IMG/VR virus record: IMGVR_UViG_3300036981_000286 | Coordinates: 15,594 to 79,593 of that record | Direction: 5' to 3' (one strand) | DNA: 64,000 nt | Source of the DNA: a virus | Shown here: positions 8,975-17,133 of the stretch, in pieces | How the letters are laid out: every line of letters starts with the position of its first letter | Position numbering within the stretch: the first letter of the stretch is position 1 | Notes under the pieces: generated by a model | What the model was told of the DNA's origin: nothing | The model's input: the letters and a program-made list of their open reading frames with translations, nothing else | The model's database searches: none | Made by a program: the position numbers and the translations under genes

Positions 8975-9979
8975 ATGGCAAAAGGTTTAGACGTTGGTAC
9001 ATCGTTCATTGTCCTCGCGAAAGACGGCGCAGAGGGCAACGTGGACTACAAAGACTTTCGCGACGCGTTTTACGCAATTAAGCCGACCACGCCAGTCGCT
9101 ACCAAAATGATTGAAAAGGGGCTTGCCGGCAAAGTATTCGTAAAAGACGAGGACGGTACCTTTATTCTGCTCGGGCAGGACGCAATCGAGAAAGCCGTTG
9201 AGCGCAATGACTCGGCTAAGCGCCCGATGTACCGCGGCGTTGTTAGCCCTAAAGAAAAAGACGCAAAACGCGTATTAGCTTTTATTCTGCAAGAAGTCGT
9301 GGGCAAAGCCGACGAGGCGGACGAAAAGATCGTGTTCTGTATTCCGGCGCAACCCGTGGATCAAGAAGACACAGATTTTGACGTTGGGTACCACGAAGAC
9401 GTCGTTAAGCTTATTTTGTCTGGGGCCGGCTATCTTGCGCGGGCTATTAACGAAGCTGAGGCGCTGTGCTACTCAGAATTTGAAAACGACGATTACACCG
9501 GTATTGGCTTATCCTTCGGCGCCGGTATGGTAAATGTATGCGTAATGCTTAGCGGCGAGCCTACTGTGATGTTTTCGACAACCAAATCCGGCGACTGGGT
9601 TGATCGAATGTCGGCCGTGGCTGTTAACGAGCCTGATAGCGTTGTGCAGGCGGAAAAAGAGCACGGCGTGTTTCAAGTAGGCGAGCCAAACGAAAATCAC
9701 ATTTTGGCTGCTGTGTCGGCGTATTACGACCGACTGATTGACTACACCACAAAGCAACTTGCCGCGGCGCTAACCGGGCACAAGTCACTACCAAAGTTTA
9801 AAGATCCGCTACCTATTGCCGTAGCGGGCGGAACATCAAAAGCTGCAGGTTTTGTTAAATTATTTGCCGAAAAACTGGCTGCAAATGGGTTCCCGCTGGC
9901 CGTTAAAGAAGTTAGGCATGCAGCGGATCCGCTTCACGCAGTTGCCAGAGGCTGTTTGATTGCCGCGAAAATTTTGTAA
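8975..9979 (+). CDS. Actin-fold ATPase (MreB/MamK/FtsA-like)
   Basis: Phosphate-1 GLDVGT, connect-1 INEAEA, phosphate-2 SFGAGMVN, adenosine VAGGTS, connect-2 DPLHAVARG. Confidence 0.85.
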   Translation: MAKGLDVGTSFIVLAKDGAEGNVDYKDFRDAFYAIKPTTPVATKMIEKGLAGKVFVKDEDGTFILLGQDAIEKAVERNDSAKRPMYRGVVSPKEKDAKRVLAFILQEVVGKADEADEKIVFCIPAQPVDQEDTDFDVGYHEDVVKLILSGAGYLARAINEAEALCYSEFENDDYTGIGLSFGAGMVNVCVMLSGEPTVMFSTTKSGDWVDRMSAVAVNEPDSVVQAEKEHGVFQVGEPNENHILAAVSAYYDRLIDYTTKQLAAALTGHKSLPKFKDPLPIAVAGGTSKAAGFVKLFAEKLAANGFPLAVKEVRHAADPLHAVARGCLIAAKIL

Positions 9980-9998
9980 ATTTCTGTTAAACTTAACG

Positions 9999-10218
9999 TG
10001 TTGTAAGTTAGTCGTGGTGGCCGACTGGTTAGGGAAGCAGCTCGTACAACAGGGATGTTTTACGGGCTGACAGGAATCCGTGGTCAGGCTTTGGCCGCGC
10101 TCACGGTTGGTGGAGCAATGAATGCCGCACGAGGTTGAGTTTACGCCTTAGAAAGTCATTGCATGCCTCGTTTCGACGAGGTCCGGGCCTGTGGAGGGGA
10201 TCACAGGAGCTTACAACA
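9999..10218 (+). ncRNA. Candidate 220-nt multibranch RNA, GGA-rich (possible Csr/Rsm-type decoy)
   Basis: An 11-bp closing stem (9999-10009/10208-10218) encloses six hairpins, including GGGA and TTCG loops. A TAAACT -10-like hexamer lies at 9988-9993. Confidence 0.65.
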
Positions 10219-10258
10219 AATACACACACAAATTTTACATAACTTACTAGGTAGCAAC

Positions 10259-10609
10259 GTGTTAGACGAATATTTTCATTCGTTAGCTGTGTTTGCCAGC
10301 GCATTCGGGGTCGCGGCCTTTGCCGGGCTAGCGACATTTTTGCGTTTCGCCCGAAAACTCTCTAAACTGGCGTTAATAAGCGCGATGTTAAACGCCGGGT
10401 TTCTCGGCCTAGCCGTCGCACTTTTGTGGTATCAAAACTACCGAAACGCCGAAAATGTAAGTGGCTTAATTGGGATATGCGTATTAGCGGGTATGGGCGG
10501 ATCAACTGTTACTGACATTTTAATTTCTATCCTGTCTGGCGCTGGAATTAAAGTAATTATTCACCACGAGCGAGATCGCGATGACACACTCCGTAACGAT
10601 GACGCTTGA
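10259..10609 (+). CDS. Putative holin (3 TM, LydA-like)
   Basis: Three hydrophobic segments and a charged C-tail. GTG 10259 is preferred because the track start at 10163 lies inside the RNA structure. Confidence 0.55.
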   Translation: MLDEYFHSLAVFASAFGVAAFAGLATFLRFARKLSKLALISAMLNAGFLGLAVALLWYQNYRNAENVSGLIGICVLAGMGGSTVTDILISILSGAGIKVIIHHERDRDDTLRNDDA

Positions 10610-10763
10610 TCAGCGCTGCCGGCTTAGCCTTGTAGCGTGGTTTTTAGCCGCTGTTTGTGCGCTTGGTTTGTTGTTTGCCGCCAGCGCCGCCGTTAGTAGC
10701 CAATCCCAAGACATCCAAACACACGATTTTAATTACAGCAGCCATAACAATACAGCTGCGTAA
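10581..10763 (+). CDS. Small single-TM protein
   Basis: 60-aa ORF overlapping the holin end, with a hydrophobic core. Confidence 0.45.
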   Translation: MTHSVTMTLDQRCRLSLVAWFLAAVCALGLLFAASAAVSSQSQDIQTHDFNYSSHNNTAA

Positions 10764-10766
10764 TTT

Positions 10767-10838
10767 TGCCCGATGGCGCAACGGTAGCGCGGAGCACTGT
10801 TAATGCTTAGGTTCTAGGTTCGAATCCTAGTCGGGCAG
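10767..10838 (+). tRNA. tRNA-Asn (anticodon GTT)
   Basis: Acceptor stem TGCCCGA/TCGGGCA, anticodon arm GAGCA-CTGTTAA-TGCTT, GGTTCGAATCC T-arm. Confidence 0.95.
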
Positions 10839-10843
10839 CTGGA

Positions 10844-12778
10844 GTGAGTATGGATGGCATATCTTTTTTACAGCCGCTATCTCCTGAACTGCAGGAAGTT
10901 TTCTACGCGCGCGGACACGCACACGGCTGTGTAGCGCTTAATTGCAAAACTGCTGCTACAAACTATCATCTTGCCGGCCGCCTGTACCTGTCTAAAAGCG
11001 GCTGGCTGCTGCTGTCAGTGCCGAACGCTTTCGTGCGGGGTCTGTTTTCGGCGTTAACCGCGCCCGGCGCTGAGCTCCCGATCGCAGGCCTCATGAACGT
11101 CACCGGGGTGGCTGAAGACGCGTTAAATGCGCATATCTCGGTGCTCACGGCCGATGAGGTGGCGGCTATCGGCGCGGACAAGATTAATGAACGCGGGCAA
11201 ATGTTCAACTACGGGCTCGGGCCTGTAAAGGAAATACCGGTTAGCAACGTAGACGGTATTAGCCGCGTCTGGGCTGTGCAAGTTGTTAGCCCCGCGCTGA
11301 CCGCGCTCCGCAAAAGTTACGGGCTAACGCCGCTCCCGCACGGCGACCACGCATTTCATATCACGATTGCTTGCCGCCGTAGACGCGTTCTTGGCAATAA
11401 TGCCGTAAGTAAATTTGACGCTGCGTCTGGCCGCGGCGAGCTGAAGGCCGCATCTGACGATAAAACAACTTACGACTGCTGTTGTTCTGGTGCGTGCACC
11501 TGCCCCGCGACATGTGTTTGTAAAAAGTTTGGTTGTTGCAGTGTGCGCAAGACTGCAGCGCACGAAGGCGCGCCGTGGGATACGCCGGCCGACAAGTTAC
11601 CGTGGCGCGAACGCGTAGAGGTGTACGCGCACGACCCTAAAGGCCGCATTTACGGCGGAATTTGGAATACAGACAAATCTTTTGCTGTTCCGGGGGGCGG
11701 TATAGACCCCGGTGAAGATCCCGGGCAAGCGGCGATTCGCGAGCTTGAAGAAGAGACCGGCATAAAAGCGACAAATCCGCGTGTATTGCCGGTAGCTCCG
11801 GTAGACAATGCGTGGAGCGAAAAACATCGCCAAGAAAAACAGCGCAATTTTGCGGGGTCTCGCACTCATTTCGTCGCGGTGGACATTCTTAATAAGTTGC
11901 AACGAAAAAATCTTGATAAGTGGGACGCAGCCCAGCGCAAGATGTATGACCCGTCCGCAGCAGCGGAAATGATGGCAGGCCACAAAAACTTTATGGCGCC
12001 AAGTGTCGCCGCCGGCCGACTCGCGGCCTTGCGGCATATTATTGCTAACGCCGCTAAAAAGACAGCCGCCGATTTACTTCTAGGCGGAGCAGCAGACAAC
12101 AAACCAGATTCAGATTTTCCGGCAGATAAACTCCAAGAGGGCACAGAACATGAGCGAGAACATACCGACAATGATCAAATCGCCAAAGAAATTGCCAAGG
12201 ATCATCTGCAAACAGAACCCGCCTACTACACGCACAAAGAACAAAAAGAAGCGGTAAATAAAATACCCGCAATCATCTTGCAGCTACGTGCCGCCAAAGA
12301 ACATTCTGACGCTAAACGATACGATCAAAAGAATGCTATCTTACGTGAATTAATGCTTAAGGCGCCGAACGAGTGGTATGTCGACGACCCGCTGCCGCAT
12401 CACATGGGCGTCACGCATGACCCCACTAAATTCAAGTTCCACGCCGACCCGACTATTATCCCGCCTGACGTAAAGGTGCGGGCAAAAGCAGCTGAAGCTG
12501 AGCCGTATTTAGCGCAACTTAAAGCTACGCCGGTCGCTTACAGCAAAGACGAATCGGTATGGCGAAATTTCGTAAAGCATTTAATGACCGTAAAAAATAG
12601 AGGCGACAATCAGCTGCATATGCAGGCAAATACTGAAAGCTGGCGCAAAACACTAGACCCGGCTTACCGGCATCAGCAAAATATGGCATTAGCTCGCGGT
12701 GAGGCTCCTAAACAGCCCGGCTTCGCGACGCAGATGATTAACCGTCACGGAGGCAACGTACTCGCTGCGTTGTCATAA
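10844..12778 (+). CDS. Multidomain polyprotein: 2H phosphoesterase, Cys-rich peptide, Nudix hydrolase, DUF5661-like domain
   Basis: AHISV and FHITI (2H); CCCSGACTCPATCVCKKFGCC; complete Nudix box GGIDPGEDPGQAAIRELEEETGI; EGTEHEREHTDNDQIAKEIAKDHL. Start is 10844 (GTG) or 10850 (ATG). Confidence 0.8.
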   Translation: MSMDGISFLQPLSPELQEVFYARGHAHGCVALNCKTAATNYHLAGRLYLSKSGWLLLSVPNAFVRGLFSALTAPGAELPIAGLMNVTGVAEDALNAHISVLTADEVAAIGADKINERGQMFNYGLGPVKEIPVSNVDGISRVWAVQVVSPALTALRKSYGLTPLPHGDHAFHITIACRRRRVLGNNAVSKFDAASGRGELKAASDDKTTYDCCCSGACTCPATCVCKKFGCCSVRKTAAHEGAPWDTPADKLPWRERVEVYAHDPKGRIYGGIWNTDKSFAVPGGGIDPGEDPGQAAIRELEEETGIKATNPRVLPVAPVDNAWSEKHRQEKQRNFAGSRTHFVAVDILNKLQRKNLDKWDAAQRKMYDPSAAAEMMAGHKNFMAPSVAAGRLAALRHIIANAAKKTAADLLLGGAADNKPDSDFPADKLQEGTEHEREHTDNDQIAKEIAKDHLQTEPAYYTHKEQKEAVNKIPAIILQLRAAKEHSDAKRYDQKNAILRELMLKAPNEWYVDDPLPHHMGVTHDPTKFKFHADPTIIPPDVKVRAKAAEAEPYLAQLKATPVAYSKDESVWRNFVKHLMTVKNRGDNQLHMQANTESWRKTLDPAYRHQQNMALARGEAPKQPGFATQMINRHGGNVLAALS

Positions 12779-12779
12779 A

Positions 12780-13085
12780 ATGGCTGGCCCTGTCATAACA
12801 AAAATCATAGATTGGTTTACGCCAAAAAAGGTAGAGCCTGATCCGGCACCCGCGCCGGCACCAACACCGCCGGAACCAGAAATTCCCGCAATCCGCCCAA
12901 GCAATCTGCAGTTCGTAAACTACATCCGCGCCTTGATGATCTTGCAACGTATCCCAATAACAAAACTAAAAAAAGAGCTTGCAAAGTTACCGTGGCTCGA
13001 CATCGCGTATTTGTGCGGCATTTTTATTTGGGTTTTTATGTCTTGTTTATTTGTAGTGCAACTTTGGCGAACGTTTCTGTCATGA
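12780..13085 (+). CDS. Hypothetical membrane protein
   Basis: PA-rich N-part, C-terminal TM segment, coupled to neighbours. Confidence 0.6.
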   Translation: MAGPVITKIIDWFTPKKVEPDPAPAPAPTPPEPEIPAIRPSNLQFVNYIRALMILQRIPITKLKKELAKLPWLDIAYLCGIFIWVFMSCLFVVQLWRTFLS

Positions 13086-14122
13086 ACACTCCACCGACAC
13101 AACTTACTCTCGCGGAGTGGCAGCAAGTTCCTGCGCGCGTGCAGGCTCTCTTGCCAACAGCTTGCGCGTTACAGTTAATGCATAACAAGGTAGCTAGCGA
13201 GACTGGCATCCTGGCTATTGCAACAATTAGCTGGCAACCTGAGAAAAATGAAATATTTGTACATACGCCAAACCGACTGTCGACTCGCGTAAAAGAAGCG
13301 TACGCAAATACGCTACATGCCGGCGTGCCAATTTTGTTTACGCAAACAACCCCGGACGGCACACATAGTGTTTTAATTAAGCAAGCCAGCATGACGAAAA
13401 CTATTGGCGCTGGCTGGAACACAGCAAATACGGCCCTTGGCGGCCCGACCCCGCTATCAAACGCTATTGTGTCGAGCCTGCTTCTTGGCGGAATTGGTTA
13501 CGGCGCCGGCACGTTAGCCGAGCAGTTATTTCCAGAGCGTTTTTTAGAGCCGGGGCAATTACGAAAACCGTTAGGGATCGCCGGCGGTTTAATTGGATTA
13601 GGTTACGGAGCGTTAAACGCCGGAGAAACTCGGCGGCAAATCCCGGGTACGGGTTATTTGGACTCTTGGGTAACCAGCAACAACGCCAAGCTACCAAACG
13701 AGCAACCGCCTGTCCCCGGAAAAAAGGCGAATTTCTTTGGCGCCGATAAAATGCAAGGCAACACTGGGTTATACGCCCCGACTATCCCTGTAGACGCGTT
13801 TAACCGCGCTGTCTGGGCTGACGCCAGCAAAGGCTACAGTCAAGCCGGTATTATCCCGCACACGAGCCCAGCGGTAGCTGCGGCCACTACCGGTTTAATG
13901 ACAGGGCTTTCTACTCAGGCGCGGTCCTCTATTATTAGCCCGGCTACTGTTATTACCGGTTTAGCTTCTGCGGGCGTTGGTTTAGCCACGGCAAGTATTG
14001 CTGGGCGGACGCTCGGGGCGCTGGCTGGTTTAACGCCTATGGCCCAAGAAAAAATTCAAGATGCCGGGCTGTGGGCTGGCATGTTACACGCCGTCGTGCC
14101 GCCGCTTTTTGGCATGCGGTAA
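13082..14122 (+). CDS. Glycine-zipper hydrophobic protein, probably virion-internal
   Basis: ATGA overlap at 13082; several GxxxG helices; NKVAS, IKQAS, GKKAN sites. Confidence 0.6.
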   Translation: MNTPPTQLTLAEWQQVPARVQALLPTACALQLMHNKVASETGILAIATISWQPEKNEIFVHTPNRLSTRVKEAYANTLHAGVPILFTQTTPDGTHSVLIKQASMTKTIGAGWNTANTALGGPTPLSNAIVSSLLLGGIGYGAGTLAEQLFPERFLEPGQLRKPLGIAGGLIGLGYGALNAGETRRQIPGTGYLDSWVTSNNAKLPNEQPPVPGKKANFFGADKMQGNTGLYAPTIPVDAFNRAVWADASKGYSQAGIIPHTSPAVAAATTGLMTGLSTQARSSIISPATVITGLASAGVGLATASIAGRTLGALAGLTPMAQEKIQDAGLWAGMLHAVVPPLFGMR

Positions 14123-14196
14123 CAATGTAATTAAACAGCGTCTTGCGTTGCGCATGTTGATTAGAGAGAATATTACTTACAAGGAGATCTATTTAC

Positions 14197-14580
14197 ATGA
14201 CTACAAAGAAAACATCTGCTAGTAAGCAGCCCGTTGAATCCCTTCGCGCTGAGCTGCGCGTGTTAAATAACGCCGCTACTGACGTGGCGGATGACAAAGA
14301 TTGGATTACGCCTGAGTTTGTCTCGATGGTGAGCTCGGTTGCCGTAAATTTGATTACCGCCGCTACAGTAGTTGGCTGGCTTGATGCGAACAACGCACAA
14401 GAAGTCACAAAGGCTATTACGGCGCTTATTGCCGCCGCAAGCACAATTAGCGTTAACGGCTTTATTGTGTGGAAATACTTAGGCGGCCGCGAGGCTGTGA
14501 AAAAGGAAGCTATTCAAGCGCAATACCGCTATGCGGAAACGCTGCTTGTTGAGCGTATGCGTGCGGACAGTGCCTACTAA
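14197..14580 (+). CDS. Putative holin (2 TM)
   Basis: Two hydrophobic helices after WITPEF; AAGGAG RBS; first gene of the protease cassette. Confidence 0.5.
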   Translation: MTTKKTSASKQPVESLRAELRVLNNAATDVADDKDWITPEFVSMVSSVAVNLITAATVVGWLDANNAQEVTKAITALIAAASTISVNGFIVWKYLGGREAVKKEAIQAQYRYAETLLVERMRADSAY

Positions 14581-14977
14581 CGATAAGTTAATCGCTAGGA
14601 TCGAATCGAGTCAGGTTTTGCGGCGAGCAAGGGAAAGTCTTTTAAGTGAGCTTTCTTTTCGCGCTGACGGGCCGGCTCGATTCGACCCTATGCTGATCTT
14701 AATGGCAATTTCGATTATCGTGCAAGTTATCATAGCGTGCCGAAATAGAAATTCTGACGCAAAGATTGTTAACTGGTTACGCAATGCTCGGACGCTTCCG
14801 CGCTTGCGCACCATTCGGCTGCGCAGAAAGCTAGACGCGCTGTGGCAAGAAACTTGCGGCAAACCAGATTGCGGCAAAAACGTGTTGTTTGATGCTTTGC
14901 TGGACGCCTCAGAAAACGCTTCTGACGAAGAGCTATCAGAAATTTTGCAATTGGCGGCGCAAGAAGGTGCTGCATGA
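14570..14977 (+). CDS. Hypothetical single-TM protein
   Basis: ORF 14531..14977, likely GTG start at 14570; TM segment MLILMAISIIVQVIIAC. Confidence 0.55.
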   Translation: MPTNDKLIARIESSQVLRRARESLLSELSFRADGPARFDPMLILMAISIIVQVIIACRNRNSDAKIVNWLRNARTLPRLRTIRLRRKLDALWQETCGKPDCGKNVLFDALLDASENASDEELSEILQLAAQEGAA

Positions 14978-15001
14978 ATAACACTTGCAAGGAAGCAAAT
15001 C

Positions 15002-15817
15002 ATGGCAAAATCAAAATCAGAACAAAAAAACGTTTTATCAGCAACAGAGATACTCAAGCGGCTGCAGAAGCTTGGTTACTTCGGTAGCCAGTCGTGGGCG
15101 CAGATTAAAAAAATTAGCGGCAAGTCATTAGAAGCCGTTGTTCGCGAGTATCAGAATTTTCACGGTCTTGAGCCGACCGGCATTGTGGGCCCGCGTACGG
15201 CGCACGTCATGGCCCGCCACCGCTGTGGTTTGCCGGACTTTAATATCACGAGCAAAGATAGCGTGTGTAAATGGCCGCATAAAAACATTACGTATCACTC
15301 TAAATTAGTGCTGCCCGGCATTACTGATGTGCAGGCTACGTTGGCGTTTGACGCGGCTATTATGCAGTGGGCTAATGTGTGCGCCATCGAGCCCGTGCGT
15401 GTAGACGACGTTAATCAGGCAAACATTTACGCGCGGTCTGGGAAAGGCCGCGGCGTGAACCTAGACGACCGCGGCGGCACACTCGCGTGGAGCGAGCTGC
15501 CGTGCGGTGTTACGCCAAACATGCAACTTGACCAGATGTACGACGAGGCGGAGGAGTGGACTTTTGACATGGCAGTAGCCGTTACCTGCCACGAACTTGG
15601 ACACGCGCTTGGTTTAGCGCACCTCGGCCGCGGTAACTTAATGGCGCCCTACTACGACCCAACTGTCACCAAGCCGCAAAAAGGCGACATCGACGAGATG
15701 GTAAAACTTTACGGCAAAGTCAGTAAAAACACACAAAAAAAGAACAAGGGCGTTGTAGACGTTAGCGGCACAATTTTAATTAATGGAAAACCATATCGGC
15801 TTGTGCCACAGTTCTGA
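15002..15817 (+). CDS. Matrixin (M10 zinc metalloprotease) with a PG-binding-like prodomain
   Basis: HELGHALGLAH, Met-turn LMAPYY, cysteine switch HRCGLPD, YQNFHGLEPTGIVG. Confidence 0.9.
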   Translation: MAKSKSEQKNVLSATEILKRLQKLGYFGSQSWAQIKKISGKSLEAVVREYQNFHGLEPTGIVGPRTAHVMARHRCGLPDFNITSKDSVCKWPHKNITYHSKLVLPGITDVQATLAFDAAIMQWANVCAIEPVRVDDVNQANIYARSGKGRGVNLDDRGGTLAWSELPCGVTPNMQLDQMYDEAEEWTFDMAVAVTCHELGHALGLAHLGRGNLMAPYYDPTVTKPQKGDIDEMVKLYGKVSKNTQKKNKGVVDVSGTILINGKPYRLVPQF

Positions 15818-15852
15818 TAAAATACTCGTATCTCAATAAACGGAGCGTTACT

Positions 15853-16140
15853 ATGAGTTTGTTTCAAGGCGTTTTAGCCGGATTATTTTTATTTACGCTA
15901 GTTTTGACGTACGTCAAACAACTAGCGCCTCTCGTCAAGCTGGCTGTTCCCGCTTTTTTTAACGATTCAGCCCCGAAGGTTCAGCCGTCAATTGCTGTTT
16001 CTCTCGTAGCGGATATTAAATCTGTCACAGAGTTGCGAGATCGGCTGGCCGCGGAAGGCTGCGAAGATGGCGTAACTGCGTGCACAACGCTGCTTCGCGT
16101 AATTGTCGAGTACCAACAACCGTCTAAGGGTGTTGTATGA
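15853..16140 (+). CDS. Hypothetical membrane-anchored protein
   Basis: N-terminal hydrophobic helix; RBS present. Confidence 0.6.
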   Translation: MSLFQGVLAGLFLFTLVLTYVKQLAPLVKLAVPAFFNDSAPKVQPSIAVSLVADIKSVTELRDRLAAEGCEDGVTACTTLLRVIVEYQQPSKGVV

Positions 16141-16607
16141 AAAAAGTAGTTTGGTTTCTTGGAATTCTGCTGTTGCTGTCGTTCGTATTCCCGAACGGCG
16201 TAGCAGACATTAAATTTCCTGTTAAGCCGCCTGTTGTCGCACCCGACCACGTTGTCGTCACCGATCCGACTATTGTAAAACTGCTGCAAAACGCTACCGA
16301 CGCTGATCGCGGGCGGGTGCAAAGCATTTACACGGGATTAAAGACCGTGGTAGGCCGAGATAACGGCGAGCTAGTAAACACGACAGAGCGTTTTGCGGTA
16401 CTGCACGCAAACACATTAAAATTAGCTGTAGAGCAAGTAAACAAGTATCCGGGGCTTGACGTTGCGATTAATGAAGTGATTAAAGCGCAAATGGGTACCG
16501 ACGAGGTCGTGCAGCTAAACGCAGACACGGTTAAAAAGCTGGTAACAGCTTGTGATATCATTGCTGATTCTGCGGTGACCAAGTCGGCACCCGCTGAGAA
16601 AAAGTAA
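16137..16607 (+). CDS. Hypothetical exported protein
   Basis: Signal-like MKKVVWFLGILLLLSFVF; ATGA overlap. Confidence 0.65.
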   Translation: MKKVVWFLGILLLLSFVFPNGVADIKFPVKPPVVAPDHVVVTDPTIVKLLQNATDADRGRVQSIYTGLKTVVGRDNGELVNTTERFAVLHANTLKLAVEQVNKYPGLDVAINEVIKAQMGTDEVVQLNADTVKKLVTACDIIADSAVTKSAPAEKK

Positions 16608-16609
16608 CA

Positions 16610-17116
16610 ATGATCAGTTTTTTGCCGTTTGTAATTATAAGCGTTGTTTTGCTGGCGTATTTAACGTGGCGCACTCTAGCAGTGCCCACAAGCGCGCCAG
16701 TTGGTTTGAGGGTGATTCAACTTAGGAGTAATCAGATGGCAGATATGCTTTCATATAAAGTTTCCGCCGGCGTGCCCGTTGATGGGGATGTCGTGTCGCG
16801 TGTTGTAACGGTAACAGTAAACGGCGAATCGAAGGGTTCGACGTCGTACGCTGGTGATTCAGTTGAGCTCGGCGTAATCTCTGTGCCGCAAGATTCGAAT
16901 GTTGTTTTAACGCTTGTCGACGTCGATGACGCCGGCAATTCGTCGGAGCCCGCCACGGTAACGTTTGTTGCCGTTGATACGGTTGCCCCGACGCAGCCCG
17001 GGTTTTTCGGGGTAACGCTTGTTGGCGAGACACACGAAGCGGCAACGCAAGTCGTGGTCGATACCGACACAGTAGTCGAGCCCGCCACAGTAGTCGAGCC
17101 CGAGTCGGCTGAGTGA
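16610..17116 (+). CDS. Acidic beta-sandwich (Ig/FN3-like) protein with an N-terminal TM; possible internal start at 16736
   Basis: VDVDDAGNSSEP motif; AGGAG precedes the in-frame ATG at 16736. Confidence 0.55.
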   Translation: MISFLPFVIISVVLLAYLTWRTLAVPTSAPVGLRVIQLRSNQMADMLSYKVSAGVPVDGDVVSRVVTVTVNGESKGSTSYAGDSVELGVISVPQDSNVVLTLVDVDDAGNSSEPATVTFVAVDTVAPTQPGFFGVTLVGETHEAATQVVVDTDTVVEPATVVEPESAE

Positions 17117-17133
17117 AATAGCTGGAGCACGCC

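Noticed and set aside
9999-10218. Group II intron, RNase P or tmRNA identity for the six-stem RNA
   Set aside because: No domain V, no GAGGAAAGUCC and no tRNA-like ends are visible, and it is too short.
10163-10258. N-terminal extension of the holin ORF
   Set aside because: It overlaps the structured RNA and lacks an RBS; GTG 10259 gives a typical holin length.
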